A stretch of 64,000 bases of DNA from Caldilineaceae bacterium (GCA_965248125.1 OZ252089.1:3142399-3206398); one strand, 5' to 3'; positions 1 through 9,938 are shown, counted from the first letter of the stretch. The notes: a model not told the origin generated them from the letters alone. Program-made: numbers and translations.

Positions 1-39
1 CCCAATTCGTCGGCGGGGATCCACATAAATGGTGTTCAT
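1..39 (-). CDS. 5' end (13 codons, MNTIYVDPRRRIG) of an unidentified CDS that runs off the window
   Basis: Minus-strand ATG at 39-37, preceded by GGAGGAA (complement of 47-53) at 7 nt spacing. Co-directional with the upstream sulfatase. Too short to assign a family. Confidence 0.2.
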   Translation of the reverse strand, partial: MNTIYVDPRRRIG

Positions 40-85
40 ATCCAGGTTCCTCCACAAGGACCTAGGTCACTTCCTAGGCAGTTCA

Positions 86-1369
86 TTAGGGATGCAAGTG
101 GGCATGTGGGTTGATGAACGAATCCTCTGGCGCCGGCACATCGCCTTGAAGCAGTGGATCGTTTGTCCGCACCATCCAAGCATCCAAACGGGCACTCATA
201 TCCGAAAGGGTTTCCCGATGGTCCGGGTCCGAAGCCAAATTGTGCATCTCGTGCGGATCCCAAATTAGGTCGTAAAGCTGCACTTTTTCAACCTGTCTCT
301 CACGGAGCCCAAAGGCCAACATCACATCCTTGCTCTCACTAGAATCAATATTGGCCATTGGCGGTGTATCTTCCTTGTCATACCGGCGGATGTATTTGTA
401 ACGCGGGGTGCGTACTGCTCGTTTCGGTTCATGAGCCGCGTGGTAGGTCACTTCGGAGAAGATTTCCTCGTTCACCTCATTTTGAGAACCATCCACCAGT
501 GGCAGCAGACTCTGACCTTCCAGCCAGTCCGGACGAGGTATTTCCAAATAGTCACAAAGGGTTGGATACAAGTCTATCTGGGATACCAAGCCGTTCACTT
601 CGCGTCCGCCCCTGAATCCAGGCCCGCGTAGCATGAGCAGCACCCCCATGCCATGGTCAGTCAGATTACATTTCATAAGCGGAAAGGCCAACCCATGGTC
701 CGTCGTAATTATGACCAGAGTGCTTTCTGCCAAGCCTTGTTCGGCCAGGGCCTGCAAGATGCGACCATAGTGGTCATCCAGGTTTCGCGCCATAGTGGCG
801 TAGGCCGCCATATCCCGGCGCGTGCCGGGAGTATCCGGTAACGGAGCAGGTGGGGCAGTCCCGGCCTTCAGGATCTCAGGATCAGGTTCAGGGAATACCC
901 GATGCGTCTCAAAGAAGCCGATGCTGGCGAAGAAGGGATCTGGGTGGTCCTGCTCCAGGAAGGCAATTACCTTGTCCACACTGGCGTCAGTGGTGCGCCG
1001 TTTCTCCACTTCAAAAAGGTCACGTTGGTCATAGCCCAGCAGGTCCACGTTCTTGTGCAGGTGGGAGACACCGAATAGAGCTGTGTGATAGCCCGCCTGT
1101 TTCAAGGTGTGGCACAGATGCTTGTGTGGATCCTGGATATTGAAACCACGATTCGTCAATCCCAATTGTCCACAGCTGTGCGGGCTGCTGCCGGTCAGGA
1201 GTGCGGCGCGACTGGGAGAGCAGGTAGGGGCTGCGTTGAACGTCTGCCGAAACACGACGCCCTCCTCCGCGAATTGCTGCATGTGTGGCGTGGGCATTTT
1301 GAAGCCATAGGGGCTGATATAACGCCCAGTATCGTGAGAATGCAGGTAGATGATGTTGGGTAGGGACAT
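86..1369 (-). CDS. Cys-type sulfatase (formylglycine-dependent arylsulfatase family)
   Basis: ORF 86..1426. Motif NAAPTCSPSRAALLTGS (C-x-P-x-R). Start moved to MSLPNIIYLHSHD (ATG 1369), which has GGAGA upstream. No signal peptide. Confidence 0.9.
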   Translation of the reverse strand: MSLPNIIYLHSHDTGRYISPYGFKMPTPHMQQFAEEGVVFRQTFNAAPTCSPSRAALLTGSSPHSCGQLGLTNRGFNIQDPHKHLCHTLKQAGYHTALFGVSHLHKNVDLLGYDQRDLFEVEKRRTTDASVDKVIAFLEQDHPDPFFASIGFFETHRVFPEPDPEILKAGTAPPAPLPDTPGTRRDMAAYATMARNLDDHYGRILQALAEQGLAESTLVIITTDHGLAFPLMKCNLTDHGMGVLLMLRGPGFRGGREVNGLVSQIDLYPTLCDYLEIPRPDWLEGQSLLPLVDGSQNEVNEEIFSEVTYHAAHEPKRAVRTPRYKYIRRYDKEDTPPMANIDSSESKDVMLAFGLRERQVEKVQLYDLIWDPHEMHNLASDPDHRETLSDMSARLDAWMVRTNDPLLQGDVPAPEDSFINPHAHLHP

Positions 1370-1403
1370 GGGGATTTCTCCGTGGGAAGAGGCAACGCAA
1401 GTA

Positions 1404-2299
1404 CTACATGGCCACCAAATCGTCAAAGCAAGTTTCTTTCAGACTAGCCAGCAGCGACTTTACCTGCATTGCATTCAATTCGGTATGGGGCAAACGCGGA
1501 CTGCCGCCGTCGATGTCCAGCATCCGCATGACTGCGTAAAGGGAACCTGTGAAACCGTGGTCGATGAGGACCGAAAGTCACCCGATTGGCGGCGTTTTGC
1601 AGCTCTTGTGCCTCCCGGTAGCGTCCTTGCGCGGCCTGAGACCGAATGCGGACATAGGGCCCTGGCATGTAATTGAGAGTGGAGCCGATATTCCCGCAGG
1701 CCCCGGCCATCACCGCCGCCAGGCACATTTCGTCCATCCCTGAGGAGAGATACCATTCCGAGCGGTGCTGACCCGCCGCCAATACCCGGGCAAATTCAAA
1801 CATGTCCGGACCGGTGTACTTGCCGCCCATCAGATTGGGAATGTCCAGTGATTCCTGAACCGACGCCCAAGGCAGGGACTATGGGCCCGAAAATGTACAT
1901 GAAGAAAGGCAAGTCAGGGGTACAAGAGGCCCACTGCCGATAGTAGGCAGTGATGGCTTCCATACTCTGATACAAGAGCGGCACAATACTGGCAGTGCCT
2001 GCGGCTCCAGCTTCTTGAGCGTGACGTGCCAGGCGAAATGCATCTGGAGCGGCCACAGCCCCCACATGGGCCACCACAGGCACAGCCCCCGCAATCTCAT
2101 CCAGAGAAACTTCCAGGACCAATTCCCGCTCCTCCACCGACATGTAAATGCCTTCACCAGTCGAGCCGTTGACGTAGAAGCCGCTGATTTCCTTCTGTAA
2201 CAGGTAGCGAACCAATGCCCGCAGGGCTTTTTGATTGGGCCGCCCGTCGGCTTGCCGGGGGGTCATAAGGGCCGGCCAAGACCCAGCCAGATGACTCAT
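1404..2299 (-). pseudogene. DapA / N-acetylneuraminate lyase family gene, disrupted by at least two frameshifts
   Basis: Family-like sequence is split over three frames: MSHLAGSWPALMTP..GSTGEGIYMSVEERE (ORF 1796..2326), ASVQESLDIPNLMGGKYTGPDMFEF..ELQNAANRV (ORF 1444..1830), and LSVLIDHGFTGSLYAVMRMLDIDGGSPRLPHTEL..DDLVAM-stop (third frame, ending at 1404). Confidence 0.7.
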
Positions 2300-2322
2300 A
2301 GAGCTGTCTCCCTTGTAATTAC

Positions 2323-3804
2323 TCAACCTGGTGCCAAATGGGCTAGTCCAATCCGTTCAAATTGTTCCGCCGGAGTCTCGGCCTCCAACATGGCTTGCAC
2401 CAGCAGTTCCTGCATCTGGCTTTCCAAAGCAGGATCCTGCATAGGCCGCATCTGATCCGGATCTTCCTCCAAGTCGAAGAGCAAAGTGTCCTGGGGTCGG
2501 ACACGCCTCAGGGACATTGGCCCCGCGGGAATGCGCATCAAAGCACAACCCTTGGTGAAGTCGAAAGGCGCGGACAGTTCGATCTCCTGCAACTCGGACG
2601 GGTCGAAGAGAGTCCGCATGTGCGTGGGCATGAGGGTGTACTCAAAAAGTGGCCCGTTCTCCTCGCCCTGAGGCGCCCGCATGTAAACATATCGTCCATC
2701 TGTAACGTTGATGTGTCCGCCGTGATGTCCAAACAGGGCCGCCTGACGAGTAGGAGAATTCTGTGCCAGGGCGCCGGCCAACGGCACTCCTTGGGCATCC
2801 TCCGGGACTGCCACCCCGAAATATTCCAACAAGGTTGGCGCCAGATCAATCATTTGCACGAGCTGCGACCGACTTTCGTTTTGGCGGCGACAACGAGGAT
2901 CCCAAATGAAAAGAGGTGTGTGTGCAATCTCGTTGTACCACGGTGGCACCAGCTTGCCCCACCAATCGTGTTCCCCCAAGAAGAAGCCATGGTCTGTGCA
3001 AACTATGAGCATGGTGTCGTCCCACATTTCCAGCCGATCCATCTGATCCAGCACCTCACCCAGATAGCGGTCGCACATACTCAACAGGGCGGTGTACTGG
3101 TAACGCATGTGGGCTACCTCTTCATCCGTCTCTTCTACTCGCCGGTAAGGCGGCCAGTCAAAGTGGGCCCCATCGTAGTCATGTGGATAGAGATCCTTGT
3201 AGTGCTGACTGGAAAAAAAGGGCTCATGGGGATCGAAGGTTTCCAGCTGTAGGAACCAATTGTCCTGATGGTGATTGCGCTCCATGAATTCCAGACCAGC
3301 CGCCATGGTTTTGGCCTGCGGCTGATCCTTCTCCGCCCGCATGTATGGGCGGTTTACCCAATCCTGTCGCCAACTCTCGGTGTCGCGTCCCGCCACCGCA
3401 GCCGGCATTTTCGGCGGTTTCACCTGGCCAATCCACGGGTCCCCTTCCTGTCCCCGGTGAAAATCCCAAGTCTGATATTGAGTGTGATAGGTTGCGCCGC
3501 CATTTTCCCAGTAGTGGTAGTGATCGCTGGAAATGTGGCTGTGGATACCCGCCTCTTTCAGCTGGCGCGGCATTGAATCGTCAAAGGGCTCCAGCGGCCC
3601 CCAGCTCCGGTGTAGAAAGTTGTAGCGACCGGTGTGCAGTTCGCGACGAGCCGGCATACAGGGCATGCTGCCTACGTAACAGTTGTCGAAACGGACCGTT
3701 CGTTGGGCTAGACGGCTGAAATTGGGGGCGTGGGTCCAATCGGCCCCGTAGGGAGGCAGCATGCGCCGATTCAGAGAATCAAACATGACCATAATCGCCT
3801 TCAT
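2323..3804 (-). CDS. Cys-type sulfatase
   Basis: ORF 2323..3888. Motif GSMPCMPARRELHTGR. Start moved to MKAIMVMFDSLN (ATG 3804), which has GGAGA 5 nt upstream. No signal peptide. Confidence 0.9.
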   Translation of the reverse strand: MKAIMVMFDSLNRRMLPPYGADWTHAPNFSRLAQRTVRFDNCYVGSMPCMPARRELHTGRYNFLHRSWGPLEPFDDSMPRQLKEAGIHSHISSDHYHYWENGGATYHTQYQTWDFHRGQEGDPWIGQVKPPKMPAAVAGRDTESWRQDWVNRPYMRAEKDQPQAKTMAAGLEFMERNHHQDNWFLQLETFDPHEPFFSSQHYKDLYPHDYDGAHFDWPPYRRVEETDEEVAHMRYQYTALLSMCDRYLGEVLDQMDRLEMWDDTMLIVCTDHGFFLGEHDWWGKLVPPWYNEIAHTPLFIWDPRCRRQNESRSQLVQMIDLAPTLLEYFGVAVPEDAQGVPLAGALAQNSPTRQAALFGHHGGHINVTDGRYVYMRAPQGEENGPLFEYTLMPTHMRTLFDPSELQEIELSAPFDFTKGCALMRIPAGPMSLRRVRPQDTLLFDLEEDPDQMRPMQDPALESQMQELLVQAMLEAETPAEQFERIGLAHLAPG

Positions 3805-4082
3805 TGACTGTCTCCTTACTCTGCGGACAAAGCCGCCTTGTGGATTTGAATTAGAGGCTCCCGATGCGTAGATCCAGTATATTAGCAATCAGGCTCCAAA
3901 ACTCATAGATTGGGCATCTGGCCGGCGCTGGTAAAACCGGTACGCTATAGGCACTGCCAGCAATACACAGTCAGCATGTTTCTGCAACCTGTCTTCCCGC
4001 CAATCCGTAAGTGGATCAGTTGCATGGGCCTGGCCGCTGTTTCTAACAGCAGGTTGGTTTATTCTCGCAGGAGGCGGCAGAT

Positions 4083-4994
4083 TTGGGCGAACCCGTCATA
4101 GCAGTCAGAAATTTCAGCAAATCCTATGGTTCGGTCCGAGCCGTAACAGATGTCAGTTTCGAAGTCTCACGCGGTTCGGTATTTGGACTGGTTGGGCCTA
4201 ACGGTGCCGGCAAGTCAACTCTAATTGAGTCCATAGAGGGCTTGCGTACGCCTTCCGAAGGCGAAATTGAGGTTTTGGGCCAGGTGCAGGATGGCCGCGA
4301 CCGCTCCATCTTCAAACGCGTGGGAGTGGTCCTGCAGCAAAACGAAGTATTGCCCCGACTTCTGCGCGCTGGTGAAATTGTCGACCTGTTCCGTACTTTT
4401 TGTGACGACCCTCTATCTACAGAGGAAATCCTTGACATATGTGGACTGACGGAGAGCCGCCGTGTCTTGTCCCGGAAACTGTCCGGCGGTCAGCGCAGGC
4501 GTCTGGCCGTAGCCCTGGCTCTGGCAGGCAAACCCGAACTTATCATCCTGGATGAACCTACCAGTGGCTTGGATCCACAGGCCCGTTTCACATTGTGGCA
4601 GGCCTTGCGAAAGTACAAGCGGGGAGGCGGCACTATCCTCCTTTCTACCCACTATATGGATGAGGCAGAAGAAGAATGCGATGACCTGTGTCTCTTGGAT
4701 CATGGGCGCATCCAGGTAAGAGGCAAACCTAGCCAGTTGATGGCCAGTCGACATATGCGGGTGTTAGTCAAGGTACCTGTCCAGCCACAGTTTTCCCAAG
4801 AAAGTCTACAGGCCTTGCCTTCCGTCCATCAGATTGAGCTGGTAGAAGATTATTGGCACATCTATGGGGACTCTGACCAGATTTACGCTGAGATCAAGGC
4901 CCTGTGTGGTCTCGAATTTCTGGAAATGCGCCCGGCGCGGCTCGAAGACCTGTATCTGATGACCACCGGCCGCTCTTACCGATCCTCTACCTAG
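4083..4994 (+). CDS. ABC transporter ATP-binding protein (ABC-2 / DrrA-like exporter type)
   Basis: Walker A GPNGAGKST, signature LSGGQRRR, Walker B LIILDEPTSG. TTG start with AGGAGG 8 nt upstream. Confidence 0.9.
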   Translation: MGEPVIAVRNFSKSYGSVRAVTDVSFEVSRGSVFGLVGPNGAGKSTLIESIEGLRTPSEGEIEVLGQVQDGRDRSIFKRVGVVLQQNEVLPRLLRAGEIVDLFRTFCDDPLSTEEILDICGLTESRRVLSRKLSGGQRRRLAVALALAGKPELIILDEPTSGLDPQARFTLWQALRKYKRGGGTILLSTHYMDEAEEECDDLCLLDHGRIQVRGKPSQLMASRHMRVLVKVPVQPQFSQESLQALPSVHQIELVEDYWHIYGDSDQIYAEIKALCGLEFLEMRPARLEDLYLMTTGRSYRSST

Positions 4995-5003
4995 CAGAAT
5001 CCT

Positions 5004-5798
5004 ATGTCTGTGTTACGCAATTCGGTAGTCTGGCAGCTTCTTACCAAAGATCTGCTCCAGTACGTGCGCGAGCCTGCAGCAGCCTTCTTTACTTTCGCCT
5101 TTCCGATCATTTTGCTTTCTGTGTTGGGTAGCATTTACGGCGGCGATGACATGTCAGGGGAAGTAGGAGGCATAAACATTCCATCGGGAATCGATGTCAC
5201 TTACATGGATTTCTTCTTCCCGGGCTACATCGGCTTCATTCTGGCCAACGTTTGCCTGAACTCCATCCCTATTTTCCTGGCCTACCAGCGAGAAACGGAA
5301 TACTTCCGGGCCCTCCAAGTCAGTGCAGTGCCTTTAGCCTTAGTGTTGGCGGTGCGTGTCGTGGTTTATGCCTTGGTTTTCTCTGTTTCATTGCTGGTGG
5401 TCTATCTCGAAGCTCGGTTCCTATTTGACCTTTCTTTTCACGGCAACTTGCTGCTTATGGCCTGTGGAGTGATCCTTTGTTTCGCATCTTTTGCCGCGGC
5501 CGGATTCCTGCTAGGCGGTATATTCCCTCCACAAGCCACTCAGGCTATTGCCTCCGTTTTCTTTTTTGTGTTGTATTTCACTTCTGGCTCCGCGATTCCT
5601 CGCTTCCTTTTCCCAGAATGGTTATTCAATCTCACTGCCGCCAATCCTTTGGTATATGTAGTGGAAGGACTTACGCGCCTGTGGCTAGGGGCTCCTTTCT
5701 CCGAATGGTGGCCGAATCTGTTGGTTATTGGCATAATTGGAATTATGTGTGCGGCCTTGACGCTGCGCACTTTTAAGTGGGGCTCTGGCCACAACTGA
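5004..5798 (+). CDS. ABC-2 type transporter permease
   Basis: 264 aa, hydrophobic with multiple predicted TM helices. Lies 9 nt after the ATPase gene. Confidence 0.8.
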   Translation: MSVLRNSVVWQLLTKDLLQYVREPAAAFFTFAFPIILLSVLGSIYGGDDMSGEVGGINIPSGIDVTYMDFFFPGYIGFILANVCLNSIPIFLAYQRETEYFRALQVSAVPLALVLAVRVVVYALVFSVSLLVVYLEARFLFDLSFHGNLLLMACGVILCFASFAAAGFLLGGIFPPQATQAIASVFFFVLYFTSGSAIPRFLFPEWLFNLTAANPLVYVVEGLTRLWLGAPFSEWWPNLLVIGIIGIMCAALTLRTFKWGSGHN

Positions 5799-5860
5799 GC
5801 CGGGGGCCGCGTTTCGACGGCGTTCTTTTCAACAATACAGCCGTCGCCCAGGAGGCCTCC

Positions 5861-7270
5861 ATGGCGAATCCCAATATCGTTCTCATTCTCATCGATGACC
5901 TGGGATGGCGGGACTTGACCTGCTTTGGCAGTTCTTTCTACGAGACTCCCAATCTGGACCGCATGGCCCGCGAAGGCCGTCGTTTCACGCAAGCTTATGC
6001 CTCTTGTCCCGTATGCTCCCCGACCCGCGCCAGTCTGCTTACTGGTCGATATCCGGCTCGGATTGGCCTAACCGACTGGATCGACTTTTTCGGCCGCTTT
6101 CATCCTGTCCGAGGGCAACTTGTGGATGTACCTTATCTGCCTTATTTGCCGAATTCGGAGGAAACTGCCGCCACGCTGCTGCGCCGACACGGCTACAGCA
6201 CTTGGCATGTGGGCAAGTGGCATTTGGGTTTTGCAGACACGTATCCAGAACGCCATGGATTCGATGTCAATGTCGGCGGGTGTTACATGGGATACCCAGG
6301 CCCGCACGGCTACTTCAGTCCCTATAAGATCCCCAACCTGCCCGCAGGTCCGCCCGGAGAATATCTTACCGACCGACTTACAGACGAAGCGATTGCCTTG
6401 ATTCGGGACCGCGGTGATCAGCCGTTCTTCCTGAACCTCTGGTATTACACCGTGCATACACCAATTGAAGCCAAACAGGAGAAAGTAGAAAAGTACCGAG
6501 CCAAGGCAAGGGCCATGGGATTGGATCGGCAACAAGCCCTCGTAGAAGGAGAGCCCTTTCCCATGGAACACAAGAAGCATCTGCCAGTGACACGACGGGT
6601 GCTGCAGTCCGATCCCGTGTATGCGGCCATGGTGGAGAGTATGGACGAGAATGTAGGCCGCCTGCTGCAGGCGTTGCAAACAGAAGGCATCGCTGAAGAT
6701 ACTTTGGTCATTTTCACTTCGGACAATGGGGGCCTGGTCACTTCGGAGGGGTCGCCCACTTGCAATGCACCGCTAGCTGAAGGCAAGGGCTGGATGTATG
6801 AAGGAGGCACCCGCGTGCCTTTCATAGCCTGGCAACCTGGAAAAATAGAGCCGGGTCCCGACTGTCATGTGCCTATCTGCAGCGTAGATGTGCTTCCAAC
6901 CCTACTGAGCTACACGAACACACCTAAAGGCAGCCAGACCTTGGACGGCACAGACCTGACCGGCCTCCTACAGGGCGGGGACTCCTTGGACCGAGACGCG
7001 CTCTTCTGGCACTACCCCCACTATGGTAACCAAGGAGGAACACCCGGTTCTTCCATCCGCTGTGGAGACTATAAATTAATAGAGTTCTACGAGGATAGCC
7101 GCTTGGAACTCTACAACCTGACCGCGGATCCCTCAGAAGAATTGGACCTTGCCGCTTCCGAACCGAAGATTGCCCAGGAACTCCACCAACGCCTGCAGGC
7201 GTGGCGGCAGGGCGTGGCGGCGCTGTACCCGGAACCCAACCCTGAATGGGTACCTGGAGTACTCGACTGA
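5861..7270 (+). CDS. Cys-type sulfatase
   Basis: ORF 5777..7270. Motifs LILIDDLGWRD and ASCPVCSPTRASLLTGRY. Start moved to MANPNIVL (ATG 5861), which has AGGAGG upstream. No signal peptide. Confidence 0.9.
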   Translation: MANPNIVLILIDDLGWRDLTCFGSSFYETPNLDRMAREGRRFTQAYASCPVCSPTRASLLTGRYPARIGLTDWIDFFGRFHPVRGQLVDVPYLPYLPNSEETAATLLRRHGYSTWHVGKWHLGFADTYPERHGFDVNVGGCYMGYPGPHGYFSPYKIPNLPAGPPGEYLTDRLTDEAIALIRDRGDQPFFLNLWYYTVHTPIEAKQEKVEKYRAKARAMGLDRQQALVEGEPFPMEHKKHLPVTRRVLQSDPVYAAMVESMDENVGRLLQALQTEGIAEDTLVIFTSDNGGLVTSEGSPTCNAPLAEGKGWMYEGGTRVPFIAWQPGKIEPGPDCHVPICSVDVLPTLLSYTNTPKGSQTLDGTDLTGLLQGGDSLDRDALFWHYPHYGNQGGTPGSSIRCGDYKLIEFYEDSRLELYNLTADPSEELDLAASEPKIAQELHQRLQAWRQGVAALYPEPNPEWVPGVLD

Positions 7271-7285
7271 ATTTCGGAAAGGTTG

Positions 7286-8632
7286 CTAACTTCGCACTTG
7301 GCGTAGGGTCTGCATTCTACGCCCGCAACAGACTTTGTACTTTCGTCCGCTTCCACAGGGACAGGGCGAATTGCGGGGCACATGGGACGTTTGGGATTGC
7401 ATATCTCTCTGGGCGTAGAGCCCCATCAGCTCCGCCGGTGCACGTCGTTGGGCCAGCAACTGGGACATGGCTTCCATGGGTTCTCGAACATGATTGAAGA
7501 AAGATCTATACCCGGCACACAGATAATTAAGGCCTTCTTCTCCGTCCGGGGTTTCAATGAACCGGTTCTTGGGGCACCCTCCATTACAAACAAACTTGAC
7601 TTCGCAATCCAGACAGTATTGGGGGAGTGTGTCCTTCTTGTCACTGCCAAACTGGTTCTGGATGGTGGATCCGACCATTTCCACCAATGAGGTTTCCTGA
7701 ATGTTGCCCAACAGGTAGCCAGGCTCTACGTAGTGGTCACAAGAGAAGAGGTCACCGTTGTGCTCCATAGCCAAAGCAGAGCCGCACTTTTCTTCAAAGA
7801 TGCAGAGTCCGGGCCGGTTTCCAGTCCAGGCAGCTAAGGCAACATCAAAGATTTGGACGAAGACTCTTCCAATGTCGTGCCGCACCCAGTCTTCGAAAAT
7901 GGCAATTAGGAAATCCCCGTACTGCCGTGCCGAGACGCTCCGACCAGTCAGATCGGCGCCTTCCTGGTATCCAGTCCCATTGTCCCGCTCCACAATTGGG
8001 ATGAACTGCATGAATTGCGTCCCAACTTCGTCTCGTAAATGCCTGTACACCTGTAACGGGTGCGCGGCATTACCAGCGTGCACAGTACACAGGATGTTGA
8101 ACTCCACCTTGTGCCGGCGCATGAGGTGAGCCGCCTGCAACACTTTGGCGTGGGTCGGAGCACCCCCCTTGTCCACCCTGTATTTGTCGTGCAGCTCTGC
8201 CGGGCCATCCATGCTCAATCCGATCAGGAAATCATGAGCATGAAAGAATTCACACCACTCATCATCCAGCAAAGTGCCGTTGGTCTGCAGGGCATTCTGA
8301 ATTCGCATCCCGGGTCGGCGATATTGTTCTTGGTACTCCACCGCCAACTTGAAGTATTCCAGCCCCATCAGGGTGGGTTCGCCTCCCTGCCATGCGAATG
8401 TCACCTCCGGAACTTGCTGGGCTTCAATGTATTGCCGGGTGTAGTCTTTCAGCAGCTCCGGCGGCATGCGGAAATCGCTCTCCGGGTACAGTTTCTCCTT
8501 GGACAGAAAGTAACAATACGTACAGTCCAAATTACAGATCGCCCCTCGGGGTTTGAGCATAATGTGGAATGAGGCCGGGATCTGGCCCGGAGCCAACACT
8601 GGCGGAGCCCCTAAGGGAATTTCCAAATTCAT
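7286..8632 (-). CDS. Anaerobic sulfatase-maturating enzyme (radical SAM / SPASM) with a C-terminal SEC-C-like motif
   Basis: Radical SAM motif CNLDCTYCYF. SPASM-type Cys clusters (CLDCEVKFVCNGGCPKNR). C-terminal tail SPCPCGSGRKYKVCCG. Tail-to-tail with sulfatase 5861..7270, 15 nt gap. Confidence 0.9.
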   Translation of the reverse strand: MNLEIPLGAPPVLAPGQIPASFHIMLKPRGAICNLDCTYCYFLSKEKLYPESDFRMPPELLKDYTRQYIEAQQVPEVTFAWQGGEPTLMGLEYFKLAVEYQEQYRRPGMRIQNALQTNGTLLDDEWCEFFHAHDFLIGLSMDGPAELHDKYRVDKGGAPTHAKVLQAAHLMRRHKVEFNILCTVHAGNAAHPLQVYRHLRDEVGTQFMQFIPIVERDNGTGYQEGADLTGRSVSARQYGDFLIAIFEDWVRHDIGRVFVQIFDVALAAWTGNRPGLCIFEEKCGSALAMEHNGDLFSCDHYVEPGYLLGNIQETSLVEMVGSTIQNQFGSDKKDTLPQYCLDCEVKFVCNGGCPKNRFIETPDGEEGLNYLCAGYRSFFNHVREPMEAMSQLLAQRRAPAELMGLYAQRDMQSQTSHVPRNSPCPCGSGRKYKVCCGRRMQTLRQVRS

Positions 8633-8674
8633 TTGTCGAATTTCTTGTAAGTGGTAGAAACTGCCTGCAGTTTT

Positions 8675-9709
8675 CTAGATAAGGATATCCACACGTCGAC
8701 CTGTCTCCGCGCTTTCGACCGCTCCTAGAATCATAGCAAGGCTCTTGACGTTGTCGGTACAGATGGTCTGGGGCCTGGTGCCGTTCCGTAGGGAAGTCAG
8801 AAAATCGTCAATCACGCCGCCATGCAGCTCATGCTCCAACCCTGGTGCGGGAGGCAAAGGTAAGGGAGCTGTGGCCCGGAAGAATCCTTCAGTACTGACG
8901 ACGGTCTCGCCAGCCATCACCTCTTCACCATCCCAGAGGGCAGTGCCTTGCTGGCCTACACAGCGCCAGTCGCAGTTCCAGGAATTGTTCATGCCTTCGG
9001 CACACCAGCTGCCGTTATAGCTGAAAATCACCCCGCCAGTCATTTCAAATATACAGAATGCAGCAGCTCCGTGGGCGTACCACGAACTGGCCGGGTTCCA
9101 CTCATGGCAATAGACGGAAACGGGGTCGCATCCCGTTATGAAACGGGCCTGGTCGAATGTATGAATGGCCATGTCAATCAAGAGAACGTGTTCCATCTTA
9201 TCCCGAAATCCGCCAAAGTGCGGACCCAGAAAAAAATTCGCAGTCACCGTTGTCAAAGGCCCCACGGCTGCAGACTGCACCATCTCTCGATACTGGATAA
9301 TGGAATCCCGGTACCGTCTGTTTTGGATCACGGCGTAAATACGGTCGTTGGACTGGGCGGCCTCAATCATGCGCCTGGCATCATCCAGGGAGGGAGCCAA
9401 CGGCTTTTCACCAAGCACGTGACAACCCAGATTCAGCGCGGTGATCGTAACAAGGGGATGTGCGTGCGGCACCGTGCAATCCAGGAGGATTTCGGCACCC
9501 ACTTCCTGGATCATCGCACTCAGGTCTGTGCCAGCCGGAACCCCTTCCAGACCAAATTCTCTCTGCCTTTCGCTTATCATTTCGGGCACGAGATCAACCA
9601 TGCCTACAATTTTCACATCGTCGCGGCGCGTGATATTGCGCAACCAAGTGCGGCTGATACCACCACACCCAGCCAACACGGCACGGTAAGGAACAGTCTC
9701 TTGATTCAT
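8675..9709 (-). CDS. Gfo/Idh/MocA family NAD(P)-dependent oxidoreductase
   Basis: N-terminal Rossmann segment AVLAGCGGISRTWL and the family EKP motif (GEKPLAP). Lies 42 nt upstream of the anSME gene on the same strand. Confidence 0.85.
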   Translation of the reverse strand: MNQETVPYRAVLAGCGGISRTWLRNITRRDDVKIVGMVDLVPEMISERQREFGLEGVPAGTDLSAMIQEVGAEILLDCTVPHAHPLVTITALNLGCHVLGEKPLAPSLDDARRMIEAAQSNDRIYAVIQNRRYRDSIIQYREMVQSAAVGPLTTVTANFFLGPHFGGFRDKMEHVLLIDMAIHTFDQARFITGCDPVSVYCHEWNPASSWYAHGAAAFCIFEMTGGVIFSYNGSWCAEGMNNSWNCDWRCVGQQGTALWDGEEVMAGETVVSTEGFFRATAPLPLPPAPGLEHELHGGVIDDFLTSLRNGTRPQTICTDNVKSLAMILGAVESAETGRRVDILI

Positions 9710-9938
9710 GGGTTCCTGAAAATGTTGAATGTTTCGCTGGCCAATCAGTGGGACACCGCTCTTGCAATGGTAACAAGAGCAAGCGGCATTCCCTACACGC
9801 CAAGCTGGGAATTCCGATGGGATTTGGGGCAGAACACATCCTCATTTTGGACTGGCATTTTGTATACTGGACTGAACCTGCGGGGCGTAGACGCTTCGCA
9901 GTAGGGAGTATTCTCACGCGGTATTGAGGAAGATTGAA

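Noticed and set aside
1370-1426. Longer N-termini of ORFs from the six-frame track (for example sulfatase 86..1426, 2323..3888, 5777..7270, E1alpha 39172.., E1beta 40206..)
   Set aside because: The extensions lack an RBS, overlap neighbouring genes, and are not family-like. Internal ATGs with GGAG-type RBS coincide with the family N-termini.
2362-3252. 296 aa plus-strand ORF
   Set aside because: It lies entirely antisense to the motif-supported sulfatase gene (2323..3804). The sequence is low-complexity and Arg/His/Leu-rich with no RBS, so it is a typical shadow ORF.
8948-9904. 318 aa plus-strand ORF
   Set aside because: It is antisense to the Gfo/Idh/MocA gene, has no recognisable motif, and runs into the ferredoxin upstream region. 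It is a shadow ORF.
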